Source of the DNA: Mobula hypostoma
Taxonomy: Eukaryota
Assembly (NCBI RefSeq): GCF_963921235.1
Contig: NC_086097.1
Location: 108,750,001 to 108,814,000, forward strand
Reading direction: 5' to 3'
Length of the DNA stretch: 64,000 nt
The position numbers were made by a program, and so were the translations under genes. The notes under the pieces were generated by a model. The model saw only the letters and a program-made list of their open reading frames with translations. It was not told where the DNA came from and made no database searches. Positions 52,023 through 63,339 of the stretch are shown here, in pieces (positions within the stretch are counted from its first letter, which is position 1; each line of letters begins with the position of its first letter).

Positions 52023-52164
52023 CTCTCCGAAGAAAATACGTAACTTTTTCATATCTTCAGCCTTGTCTACAATTTTAGGTGCAGGTGTTTCTTTTACTTC
52101 AAAGTGCTGTGGGACCATCAGAGGGCCATTTTTGCATTCCAACTGAGACAGCAGCTTTGCAAGT
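52023..52164 (-). CDS. RGS22: RGS22 coding exon, phase 2 to 0
   Basis: atatag|A CTT GCA AAG...GGA GAG|gtaaag. Translates (R)LAKLLSQLECKNGPLMVPQHFEVKETPAPKIVDKAEDMKKLRIFFGE, like human RLAKLVSQ...MKKFYVSLGE. Confidence 0.9.
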
Positions 52165-52344
52165 CTATATTTAATAAAAGGAACAATCTTTGATCAGTGG
52201 GTGGTGCTTGGATAACTAAGCTTTTCTTTTTTTAAAAAGATAAACCATTAAAATACCACATTGCAAATTCATTCTTTACATCAATGCTATGAATAATCTA
52301 TGAAGATTAATCCAGTGATATACATCATACTACAATAGTGGCAC

Positions 52345-52621
52345 GCCGGCTGGTGGCATAGTGGCATCAGCGCTGGACTTCGGGGCGAGAGGTTCCGAGT
52401 TCAAATCCGGCCGGCTCCTGTGCACACTCCCCATCCATGCCTGGGTTGAGTGTCGAGCTAACAACTCGACCTCGTAAAAAAAAACCTGGAGAGGGATTGG
52501 CTCCGCCAGGTTTCACATGCCCCAGACGCCCCAGACACGCCGTACGATGAGCATACCAAAAAAAAAGCTTGTCATGACGGCAACCCGACGACTCCACCAG
52601 GAGTTAGGGCGCGCGCGCACA

Positions 52622-52660
<39 letters not shown>
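52345..52660 (+). mobile_element. tRNA-derived SINE ending in a (CA)n microsatellite
   Basis: A box tggcatagtgg, B box gagttcaaatcc and a (CA)n tail at about 52618-52660. Flanking repeat acaatag. Confidence 0.8.
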
Positions 52661-52663
<3 letters not shown>

Positions 52664-53159
52664 AGGTGACAATCTCAATAAATTTGAGATTTGTGATGAA
52701 TCTCTAAGAACAACATCCATATATTCTGAAAGAACTAAGAAGAATATTTAAAAATTGGAGAAGAGCATGATATTGTAAAAGAATGCTTGCTTTTCAATAT
52801 ATTCTTGGACTTTGAATTGGAACACAAACAGTTGTGTCTTTCAACCTGCCATTCATGTACTGGCTCTTTGATAGACTAGCTATGATCAGCTTGACTAAGT
52901 TTTCTGTCCATAATTCTCCAAATCCTGCAACATAAAGAATCTTCCTAACATCTAGCTTTTCCCCCAAGATTTTCCTCTCCAATTTAGGTACAGCATTTGA
53001 GATAATCACAACCTTTGAAAAAAACAATACTTACCTATTGTCTGAATCTTTTCTTGTTAATTTTAAATCTACAGCTTCTGGCTCTGGATCCATCCACCAG
53101 ATTTTCCAAGAAAGGTAGCTTTGTGATTAAGCAATTTTAAGTTTTACATTATTGTGTGG

Positions 53160-53525
53160 TGCGGTGGTGATACGCCTCTGCCAAAGGATGTGCCAGGTGC
53201 TCCTTCCCTCTGTTCGCCTGTAGGTCACCCTTAGGCAAGGTGTAGCACATGATTATCCCCCCGATTAGGGTCATGTGAAGCTGTAGGAGCAGGTGGTAAA
53301 TGGTCGTATGAGCAACTGGTGCATATCACAAGTCCTGATTATGTGACCAATGACAATAGGCAGATAATCTCTGAAAAGTATTGATAATGATTGGGGTTAC
53401 CCGTCTTGTAAAGAGACTGCCCAGAAGGCGGCAATGGCAAACCACTGCGTAGAAAAATTTGCCAAGAACAATCATGATCCTGGAAAGACCATGATCACAC
53501 ATGCCATACAACAGGCACATAATGA
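53160..53525 (+). mobile_element. RTE-type LINE/SINE 3' end
   Basis: gcaatggcaaaccact...ttgccaagaacaatcatg, an RTE-like 3' motif recalled from memory. Confidence 0.5.
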
Positions 53526-53635
53526 TCGAACAATAGAGGTAAAAGCAGAACATCTTGGAGATAGTTGGAAGTGTCCGTTGAAAGAGAAACAGCAATAATA
53601 TTTCAAGACTGAGTTTTCAAACCTGGGAAAATGTA

Positions 53636-54055
53636 CACTCAATGGTCACTTTATTAGGTACCTCCTTTACCCAATAAAGTGGCCACTAAGTGAAAGTTTG
53701 TGGTCTTCTGCTGTTGTGGCAAGGTTCAACGTGTTGTGCATTCAGAGGTGCTCTTCTTCACACCGTTGTTTTACCACGTGTCTATCTGAGTTACTGTCAC
53801 CTTCCTGTCAGCTTGAAGCAGCCTGGCCATTTTCATCTGACCCCTCTCGTTAACAAGATATTATAGCTCACAGAACTACTGCTCACTGGATTTTTTATTT
53901 TTGTTTTTTTTTGCACTATTCTCTGTAAACTCTAGAGATTGTTGTTCATGAAAATTCCAGGAAATTTGCAGTTTCTGAGATACTCAAACCACCCCATCTG
54001 GCACCAACAACCAATCCAGTCAAAGTTACATGGACCGCAATTCTTCCACATTCTG
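53636..54055. mobile_element. Tc1-like non-autonomous remnant with a TIR-only mini palindrome
   Basis: ta cactcaatggtcactttattagg...ccaataaagtggccactaagtg (53636-53691), followed by Tc1-like sequence. Confidence 0.55.
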
Positions 54056-54209
54056 AGCAGATTCACTGGTGATTGAATAGTTTTCCATTTGGAACTACTT
54101 AGATTCAGATATTGAATACAACAAAATCAATATGCAAACATGTTCTGTTTAACTAACGTTCGTACCACACAATACGATGGTTACCTCTAATATAAACAGT
54201 TCTCTAAGA

Positions 54210-54810
54210 CAGTGGTCCCCAACCTCCGAGCCGTGATACCGATATCAAAGGATGCAGGGGTGCAGCGGGAGCCGGAGCGCACCCAGCACATCTCTAAGAA
54301 AAAAGCCGAAATAAACAAGCTAATTAATTAGGTGCCACCCGGCAGGTAAATGTCGGCCCAGATCAGAGGCGATTGCCGATTTCACTTGCTGTACGCGATG
54401 TTCATGCCTCTTTCCACGGCGCTGGAGCCTTCAGCTGTTCTATTGTTTGGTCAATTGAAACGCCAGCCCAGACAAGCTGAAAAGACGGGGCTGTCAGGAT
54501 CAAGGTGACATGTTGAATCTACACAAACTTCTAATAAGGTATAGGCGCTGCCGTGCTTTCTTTGTAATGACAGTCACATGCTGGTCCCAGGACAGATCCT
54601 CTGACACTTTTCAGAGAGAGAAAAGTCGATCCTTAATGCCAAAGAATTTAAAGTTATTGACCTTCTCCACCTCAGTTCCTCTAATGAAGACTGGCTTCTG
54701 GGCGGCACCTAATTGTTTCTTTTCGGCTTTTTTCTTAAAGATGTGCTGGGTGCGATCTGGCTACCTCTGCACCCTTGCATGCTTCGCGGCCCGGAGGTTG
54801 GGGACCACTA
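54210..54810. mobile_element. hAT (Charlie-like) MITE containing a Rex1 LINE fragment
   Basis: TIRs cagtggtccccaacctccg / cggaggttggggaccacta, with an 8 bp TSD ctctaaga at 54202-54209 and 54811-54818. Confidence 0.88.
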
Positions 54811-55952
54811 CTCTAAGATGCTTGCAGGTGATCACTCAGGTTTTGGAGCCTTTGCCACAATTGCCCCATTTGTCCCTGTGAAAAGGAAGATTTGCAATAG
54901 CATATTGAACACTATTTCAGGTGGGTGCATGTGGGTAAAGTGTGTAAAGATCTACAGAGGAGTTAGCACCATCAGTCCCTTCCTGACCACCTTCTCTCTG
55001 TTGGATCAGAAGGACATCCACATGACTTTCCTCAGGAGTGCAACTTGAAGGAAAGCAGAAATATCTTTAAATTGTTGGTATTTTATGTCAATGGATCGAA
55101 GGTAGGATTCATGACAGGAATAAAACTGACAAAGCTGCTGCTTGAGTCTGAAAGATTACTTTCATCAACTTCTCCAGATGGGGCCAAACTCCCTCTGAAA
55201 CATTGTACTTCTGATGGATTTCATTTTCTCAAGAAACAGCAGAGACACAACTACATCTAAATAAAAATACATTAGATTAGAGAATAATGTCAGGGCCCTG
55301 GAAGAGAGCATATATTATTGCTGTGCTTAAAAGTGGGGAAAAAAGTCAAAGGGACAGTAGTAACAGAGTAGAGCAATTGGAACTGTAACTCAAATGGATA
55401 AAAAAAAAATCCAAAAAATTAAAATATAACAAAGAATAATGAGACGGATTTCATAGTTTAATAAAAAAAACTTACAACATAAAAGGTCATTCGGCCAACC
55501 AAGTCTTGTCCTTTTTCCAAACTTTTCCCTTTCAGTGACTCCAATAGAGAAATGAATAGACACTTGAAAGAGAATTATTTGCTGGGCTATAAGGAAAGTG
55601 AGAATGAGACAGATGAAGATGCTCTAATAGGTGCTAGCATTAACTGGATGGATTGAATGGTTTCCCTCTATGCTGTAATAGCTCTGTGGTGTCCTGAAGA
55701 AGGGTCTTAGCCCAAAACATCGACTGTTTGTTCATTTCCTTTACTGCGTGTGTTGCTTTGGATTTCCAGCATCTGCAGAATTTTTCATGTTTATAAAGGG
55801 AACTTTTTCTCTCCATAGATGCTGTCTGGCCTGCTGAGTTCCTCTAGCATTTTGAGTTCATTGCTCTGGGTTTACATACGTTATGGTTACCAGTATGAAA
55901 GCAACATTAAACATTAGCACAACATAGAAAGGCAAGTTCATTGAGCATTCAC

Positions 55953-56038
55953 CTGTACTCAAAATAATTGTCACTCTTCAGAAATGCTGGAAGTCTTTCA
56001 TTTATAATCCATGTAATACCCTGCTCCCGATCCAAGCA
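55953..56038 (-). CDS. RGS22: RGS22 coding exon (first seen in window), phase 0 to 2
   Basis: ttttag|TGC...TACAG|gtgaat. Translates CLDREQGITWIINERLPAFLKSDNYFEY(R), matching the remembered human RGS22 segment CLSREEGIKWIKKERLPAFLESDCYFEYR. Confidence 0.92.
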
Positions 56039-57724
56039 CTAAAATTGACAGAAATAACATGACTTCAAATTAGTTTCCTTTACCATGTTATAGTTCCTCT
56101 AATTAAAGATTTAACTATAAATGGAAGAATAGATTTAATTAACACCTGAGGAAGGCATAACAAAACTCTATAGAGATCTTCAGTCATTGATAGAATTTTC
56201 TCAAGTTCAAGTTTAATTGTTATTCAACCATACACATCAAAACAGTCAAACGAAACAGTGCTCCTCTGGAGCCAAGATGCAAAACATAGCACCAACAGTC
56301 ACACACAGCACACAGTACATATAGTTATGATAGGAGATAAACATACATTCACAAAAAATAGTATAGCCTAAGTCCTGGCATGCCCTATAGATTGATGGTG
56401 CATGGGATGTTGTCGTGGAACCACTTTTCTGCAAGAACAAGGACACAGCAGTTCCTCATCATGAACTCGTAAAGCCACAGATGAAAACAAGCCGGCTTGT
56501 TTTCCACTGGGCGAATACTGGAGAGCAGCACTGGTCGGAGCAACCAACATAGCACACCTCTTTTCTCTCCTTCACCCCCTCCAGCTTCTTCTTCCAAAGG
56601 CGGATACAACAGGTGATGCCACGGCATAAGAGCCTAGTCCACTCAACAACTGAGGCCAAGTAGCTTCCCCACTGTTTGTCTCACCAGAGAACTGGACCTG
56701 CAGCATTCTATACAACCAATATTCAACAAGGCCTTGCAATCACAAGAAGAACATCCAAGACAATCATTCGGGAGCCATGATTGCATAGCAGTTAGCACTA
56801 AGCCAACTGTCTGGGTCACTGGAGTTTGGAGTTCAATTTTGGCATTGTCTGTAAGGAATCTCTGTACTTCCTCCCCTTAGAATGGAAGGGCCTACTCCTG
56901 CTGTATCTCTAAATAAAATAAATTTTTAAAAATTTGCACCATTTGTTGGACTGTGCTCTGCCTCTGTGCAACAACGGTATGCAACAAGGCCAGCAGGCGA
57001 CAATATGGTACGCAACAACTCCAGCTCCATTGCTATCCAGCAACTCACCAGTGGGGTAGACCTGAGGTACTTAATGTTCTTAATATCCAGCAGTGTCTTG
57101 CAATTGTACAAAGGCATAATGGATGAACAACTACACCAGTGGTTGGACCCAGAGTGGCTGCACCGCCATCTTCCCAAAGTTCAATAGATTTGATAGGCTT
57201 TAAATAATTCCACAATATCCAGCTAGTGAAAGTATCACTTCTAGTAACTTCTGATGACAAACTGAAGGTGTACACTATTTGATTAAAATCTCAGTAATTT
57301 AAAAAGTAACTATATTAAAACATGATCCTCCAAAGCAGTTCCCACTTTTGAATTTAATCCTTTACCAATGCTTTTTGTGAAAAATCTAAAATTTTGTTCA
57401 TTCTTCTGAATAACACAAGCAGCATGATTTTCTAAGTTGGGATTTACCTGCTAACCCTGAAAAATGTAGCATGAACTCAAAAGTTACACCCAGACCCCCT
57501 GCTATCCTGGAATTTACTCTACACAACAATTTTAATTGAACTTATCCTGAAAGGTTGCTGGTTAAAACTCCAGGGTTATTTATCTTCCGGGAGTTTGCCA
57601 GCATTGTCTAAGTTCCAGTTTTAACAAATTCTTCGGTTATTGTTTAAATAAGCAGGACAACTCAGACAAAGCCAGTAAAATTCTCATTAACATTTCACTT
57701 TGGGACCTGATGATGCCCAAGTCT

Positions 57725-57889
57725 CACACATAAAAATTGCTGGTGAACACAGCAGACCAGGCAGCATCTATAGGAACAGGTACAGTCGACTGTACAGTAC
57801 CTCTTCCTATAGATGCTGCCTGGCCTGCTGCGTTCACCAGCAATTTTTATGTGTGTTGCTTAAAATACCAGCATCTGCAGATTTCCTCG
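57725..57889. mobile_element. 165 bp palindromic mini-PLE
   Basis: Head-to-head pseudo-LTR termini around GTC|GAC (57785-57790). Flanked by a 14 bp TSD tgatgcccaagtct at 57711-57724 and 57890-57903. Confidence 0.9.
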
Positions 57890-58659
57890 TGATGCCCAAG
57901 TCTTTTATATTTATTTATTTGTTTAGAGATACAACATGGTAACAGCCCTTACAGCCTAACGAGCCCATGCTGCCTAATTACACCCAGTGGACAAATTAAC
58001 CCATGAACCCGCACATCTTTGGAATGTAAGGGGAAACTGGAGCACCCGGAGGAAAACCACATGGTCATGGGGAGAACGAACCCAGATTTAGCTATGCTGT
58101 GGCCTGACTAAGATAGCTGTTGTAAATTTCTGGCCAGATGAAGGCAGGGGGAAGAAAATCAGAAAGATACTGTGCACTAAGAGGGAGAAAGTAAGCGTAT
58201 CTGAAAGCAATCAAGCTAACTTTGATAATTAGCTATTTGTTGGAAAAATTCCTGCACATGTTAAAATTCAACAAGTAGGACCAGTAACCATGGATTTGTT
58301 AAGGGAAGGTCATATCTGAACAACTGAATTGAATTTTTTTAATAGAAACACAGAATGATACACCATGCAAAGAACCCATTTAGACTGTAAATTCCATACT
58401 AAACAATGCAAGAGTAATTCATCTAGTTTACTATACATCTCTGTCCTCAGCCAACAGCCTGCAAATTCTTTTTCAGATACTTATCTAGCCTCATTTTGAA
58501 CACCACCATTGAATCTGCCAACACTGCAACCTCAGCAGTGCCTCCATATTGGACACCATCTATTATGTGCCACCTTACCAAAAGCCTGTGTGAAGAACAT
58601 GTAGCATGCTTACTAGGTGGCATCTTATCAAATGCCCTTTGGTAGCTCATTTATACTAC

Positions 58660-59150
58660 AAAGGTCAAAGTAAAATTTATCATCAGAGTACATACATGTC
58701 AACACTTACAACCCTGAGATTCTTTTTCTGCTGGTATACTTAGCAAATCTATAGAACAGTAACTGTAAACAGGATCTGTAAACTGTAAACAAACTGTGCA
58801 AATGCAGATAAATAAGAGGCTTAAAATAGCAAGATAAAAGAGTCCTTAAATGTGTAGCTATCCCCTTTTGTTCAAAGACCCTGATAGTTGAGGGGTAGTT
58901 ACTGTTCTTGAACCTGGTGGCATGAGTCCTGGGGAACTTGCACCTTCTACCTGATGGCAGCAGCGAGAACTGAGCATGGCCTGGATGGTGAGGATCTTTG
59001 ATATGGATGCTGCTTTTCTATGGCAACATTTCATGTAGATGTGCTCAATGGTTTTACCCATGATGTACTGGGCCAAATCCACTACCTTTTGTAGGATTTT
59101 CCACTCAAAGGCATTGATGTTCCCATACTAGACCATAATGCAGCCTCTCA
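58660..59150 (-). mobile_element. Rex1/Babar LINE 3' end
   Basis: Minus-strand KCCHRKAASI. The 3' UTR is similar to 60-170 and 3810-3907. Confidence 0.7.
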
Positions 59151-60739
59151 TTATGTACATCAGCTTCCTTTCGGTCACTGATTCCCTCTATTACACCATC
59201 AAAAATATTATGAAATTATTTTGATATGATTTGTCTTTAATAAATTGATGCGAGCTTTCTGTAATTAATCCAAATTTGTCCATTTGATTGTTAATTTAGG
59301 TTCCTGCTTATTACTTGCTGAATGTTCCACACTGATTGGTGTATTACTGGGATTTATCCAAATACTCTCCTGAATAAGTCCATACTGTTCTACAATTTAC
59401 CATATTCCAACCCACAGGCACCACTCATGAATCAGATCTTTGAAAGATTATAGCCAGGCCTCTGTAGTGCCCACTCTCATCTCTCACAGTAATCCACAAT
59501 GCAACCAATCTTGACCAAAAGATTTTAATCCCTTTATTTCGGGACCCTTCTGTAGGTTGTAATCCTAATGAGATTTTAACTACATCTTCTATTACTGATA
59601 TTCTATCAGCATCTTCTTCCTTAGAAAAGACTGATGTAAAGTAGTCATTTAGTAACAGCCACACCCTGTGCCTGCATAAAAATATTTTTTTCAAATGTCA
59701 GCTCCACCTCTAGTCTTACACCGTTTTCCTGATTAAATGCCTGTAAAATACTTTTGGATTCACTTTAAATTACCTTCAAGACTTTTTTTTATGCCCCCTC
59801 TCTCTTATTTCATTTTCTTTTACTGTAACTTCCAACAAACTTCTACAGTTGTCCATTTGAAGGTATCCTGACTCAATGCATCCTAATCTGATATGGCAAT
59901 TCAAATGCACAGGAATGTAAGAAGCTGCAGAGAAAAGTAGACTCGGCCAAACGGCACATCCCTCACCACCACTGGTAGTTTTTACAGGAGGAACAACCTC
60001 AAGGAGGCAATAAGGATCATCAAAGATCCCCACTAGCCAGGCGATGCCAGCTTTTCATAGCTACCATCATGCAGAAGCAGGCAGGAGATATAGAAGCCTG
60101 AAGTCCCACATTACCAGGTTCAGAAAACAGCTATTACCCTTCAACTATTTAGTTCTTGAACCAACTGGCAAAACCCTAGCGTCACCATGACAACTTTGAA
60201 AATTTTGTACTAAAATTGACCATTTTTCATTCTAGTTGTGTTCACTCGTGTAAAAATTGTGCATAATTTATGATTAATTTGTGTTTTTCTTATGAAAAAT
60301 ACTTAAAAGACCACAAGACACAGGAACAGAATTAGGTGATTCAGCCCATCGAGTCTGCTTCACCATTTGATCATGGCTAATTTATTTTCCCTCTCAACCA
60401 CATTCTCTTGCTTTCTCTCCATAACCTTGGATGCTCTTGCCAAAAACCTATCAAATTCCACTCTAAATATACCCAGTGACTTTACCTCCACAGTCATCTG
60501 TGGCAATGAATTCCACAGAATCACCAACCTCTGACAAAATAAAATTCCTTCTCAGTTCTAAAGGGACATTCTTCTATTTTTAGGCTGTGCCTTCTGGTCC
60601 TAGACTCTCCCACTATTGGAAACATCCTCTCCATGTCCACTTTATTTAGGCCTTTCAGCATTTGGTACATTTCAAGTGATTCCCCCATAATTCTTCTGAA
60701 CTCCTGTGAGTACATTCTCAGAGCCATCAAATGCTCCTC

Positions 60740-63339
60740 CTCTATCTGTCAGAACAGACTCAACAGTTTCTTTTTCGCCTCCTCCCACTTCCTCCAAACT
60801 CAAAGTGTAGCCGTGGGCACCCACGTGGGCCCTAGCTATACCTGCCTTTTTGTTGGCTACATAGAACTGTCCTTGTTCCAAGCCTTCCCTGGTAATACTC
60901 CCCAACTCTTTCTGCACTACATAGATGACTGCATTGGTGCTGCTTCATGCACTAATGCTGAGCTCATCAATTTCATCAACTTTGCCTCCAACTGGACAGT
61001 GACCACCGCTCCCTGGCCTTTAGCATTATCATGGAAAAGGATAGAATCAGAGAGGACAGGAATTTTTAATTGGGGAAAGGCCAATTATGAGGCTATGAGG
61101 CTATGAGGCTATAAGGCTAGAACATACGGGTGTGAATTGGGATGAAGTTTTTGCAGGGAAATGTACTATGGACATGTGGTCGATGTTTAGAGATCTCTTG
61201 CGGGATGTTAGGGATAAATTTGTCCCGGTGAGGAAGATAAAGAATGGTAGGGTGAAGGAACCATGGGTGACAAGTGAGGTGGAAAATCTAGTCAGGTGGA
61301 AGAAGGCAGCATACTTGAGGTTTAGGAAACAGAGATCAGATGGGTCTATTGAGGAATATAGGGAAGCAAGAAAGGAGCTTAAGAAGGGACTGAGAAGAGC
61401 AAGAAGGGGGCATGAGAAGGCCTTGGCGAGTAGGGTAAAGGAAAACCTCAAGGCATTCTTCAATTATGTGAAGAAAAAAAGGATGACAGGAGTGAAGGTA
61501 GGACCGATTAGAGATAAAGGTGGGAAGATGTGCCTAGAGGCTGCGGAAGTGAGCGAGGTCCTCAATGAATACTTCTCTTCGGTATTCACCAATGAGAGGG
61601 AACTTGATGATGGTGAGAAAAAAATGATTGAGGCTGATGTCCTGGAGCACGTTGATATTAAGGGAGGTGTTGGAGTTGTTAAAATACATTAGGACAGATA
61701 AGTCCCCGGGGCCTCACGGAATATTCCCTAGGCTACTCCACGAGGCGAGAGAAGAGATTGCTGAGCCTCTGGCTAGGATCTTTATGTCCTCGTTGTCCAT
61801 GGGAATGGAACCGGAGGATTGGAGGGAGGCGAATGTTGTCCCCTTGTTCAAAAAAGGTAGTAGGGATAGTACGGGTAATTATAAACCAGTGAGCCTTACG
61901 TCTGTGGTGGGAAAGCTGTTGGAAAAGATTCTTAGAGATAGGATCTATAGGCATTTAGAGAATCATGGTCTGATCAGGGACAATCAGCATGGCTTTGTGA
62001 AGGGCAGATCGTGTCTAACAAGCCTGATAGAGTTCTTTGAGGAGGTGACCAGGCATATAGATGAGGGTAGTGCAGTGGATGTGATCTATATGGATTTTAG
62101 TAAGGCATTCGACAAGGTTCCACACGGTAGGCTTATTCAGAAAGTTAGAAGGCATGGCATCCAGGGAAGTTTGGCCAGGTGGATTCAGAACTGACTTGCC
62201 TGCAGAAGGCAGAGGGTGGTGGTGGAGGGAGTACATTCAGATTGGAGGATTGTGACTAGTGGTGTCCCACAAGGATCTGTTCTGGGACCTCCACTTATCG
62301 TGATTTTTATTAACGACCTGGATGTGGGAGTAGAAGGGTGGGTTGGCAAGTTTGCAGACGACACAAAGGTTGGTGGTGTTGTAGATAGTGTAGAGGATTG
62401 TCAAAGGTTGCAGAGAGACATTGATAGGATGCAGAAGTGGGCTGAGAAGTGGCAGATGGAGTTCAACCCAGAGAAGTGTGAGGTGATACACTTGGGAAGG
62501 ACAAACTCCAAGGCAGAGTACAAAGTGAATGGCAGGATACTTGGTAGTGTGGAGGAGCAGAAGGATCTCGGGGTACATGTCCACAGATCCCTGAAAGTTG
62601 CCTCACAGGTAGATAGGGTAGTTAAGAAAGCTTATGGTGTGTTAGCTTTCATAAGTCGAGGATAGAGTTTAAGAGTCGCAATGTAATGATGCAGCTCTAT
62701 AAAACTCTGGTTTGGCCACACTTGGAGTACTGTGTCCATTTCTGGTCACCTCACTATAGGAAGGATGTGGAAGCATTGGAAAGGGTACAGAGGAGATTTA
62801 CCAGGATGCTGCCTGGTTTAGAAAGTATGCATTATGATCTGAGATTAAGAGAGCTAGGGCTTTACTCTTTGGAGAGAGGGAGGATGAGAGGAGACATGAT
62901 AGAGGTGTACAAGATAATAAGAGGAATAGATAGAGTGGATAGCCAGCGCCTCTTTCCCAGGGTACCACTGCTCAATACAAGAGGACATGGCTTTAAGGTA
63001 AGGGTAGGAAGTTCAAGGGAGATATTAGAGGAAGGTTTTTTACTCAGAGAGTGGTTGGTGCGTGGAATGCACTGCCTGAGTCAGTGGTGGAGGCAGATAC
63101 ACTAGTGAAGTTTAAGAGACTACTAGACAGGTACATGGAGGATTTAAGGTGGAGGCTTATATGGGAGGCAGGGTTTGAGGGTCGGCACAACATTGTGGGC
63201 CAAAGGGCCTGTACTGTGCTGTACTATTCTATGTTCTATGTTCTATGTTCAACTTCCACCCTGTCCTTAAATTCATTTCGTCCATTTCTGATCCCTTTCT
63301 TGATCTCTGTCTCCATCTCTGGAGACAAACTGTCTTCCA
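60740..63339 (+). mobile_element. PLE RT core fragment split by a CR1 insertion
   Basis: FLQTQSVAVGTHVGPSYTCLFVGYIE...LHYIDDCIG...FINFASN up to 60993, resuming as FHP.LKF...FLD at 63250. Confidence 0.8.
60994..63249 (+). mobile_element. Relatively young 5'-truncated CR1 LINE (RT region) with (TTCTATG)n tail
   Basis: KSPGPHG, YKPVSLTS, QHGF, DFSKAFD, GVPQGSVLGP and KFADDTK, with few lesions. 5 bp TSD caact at 60989-60993 and 63250-63254. Confidence 0.92.
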
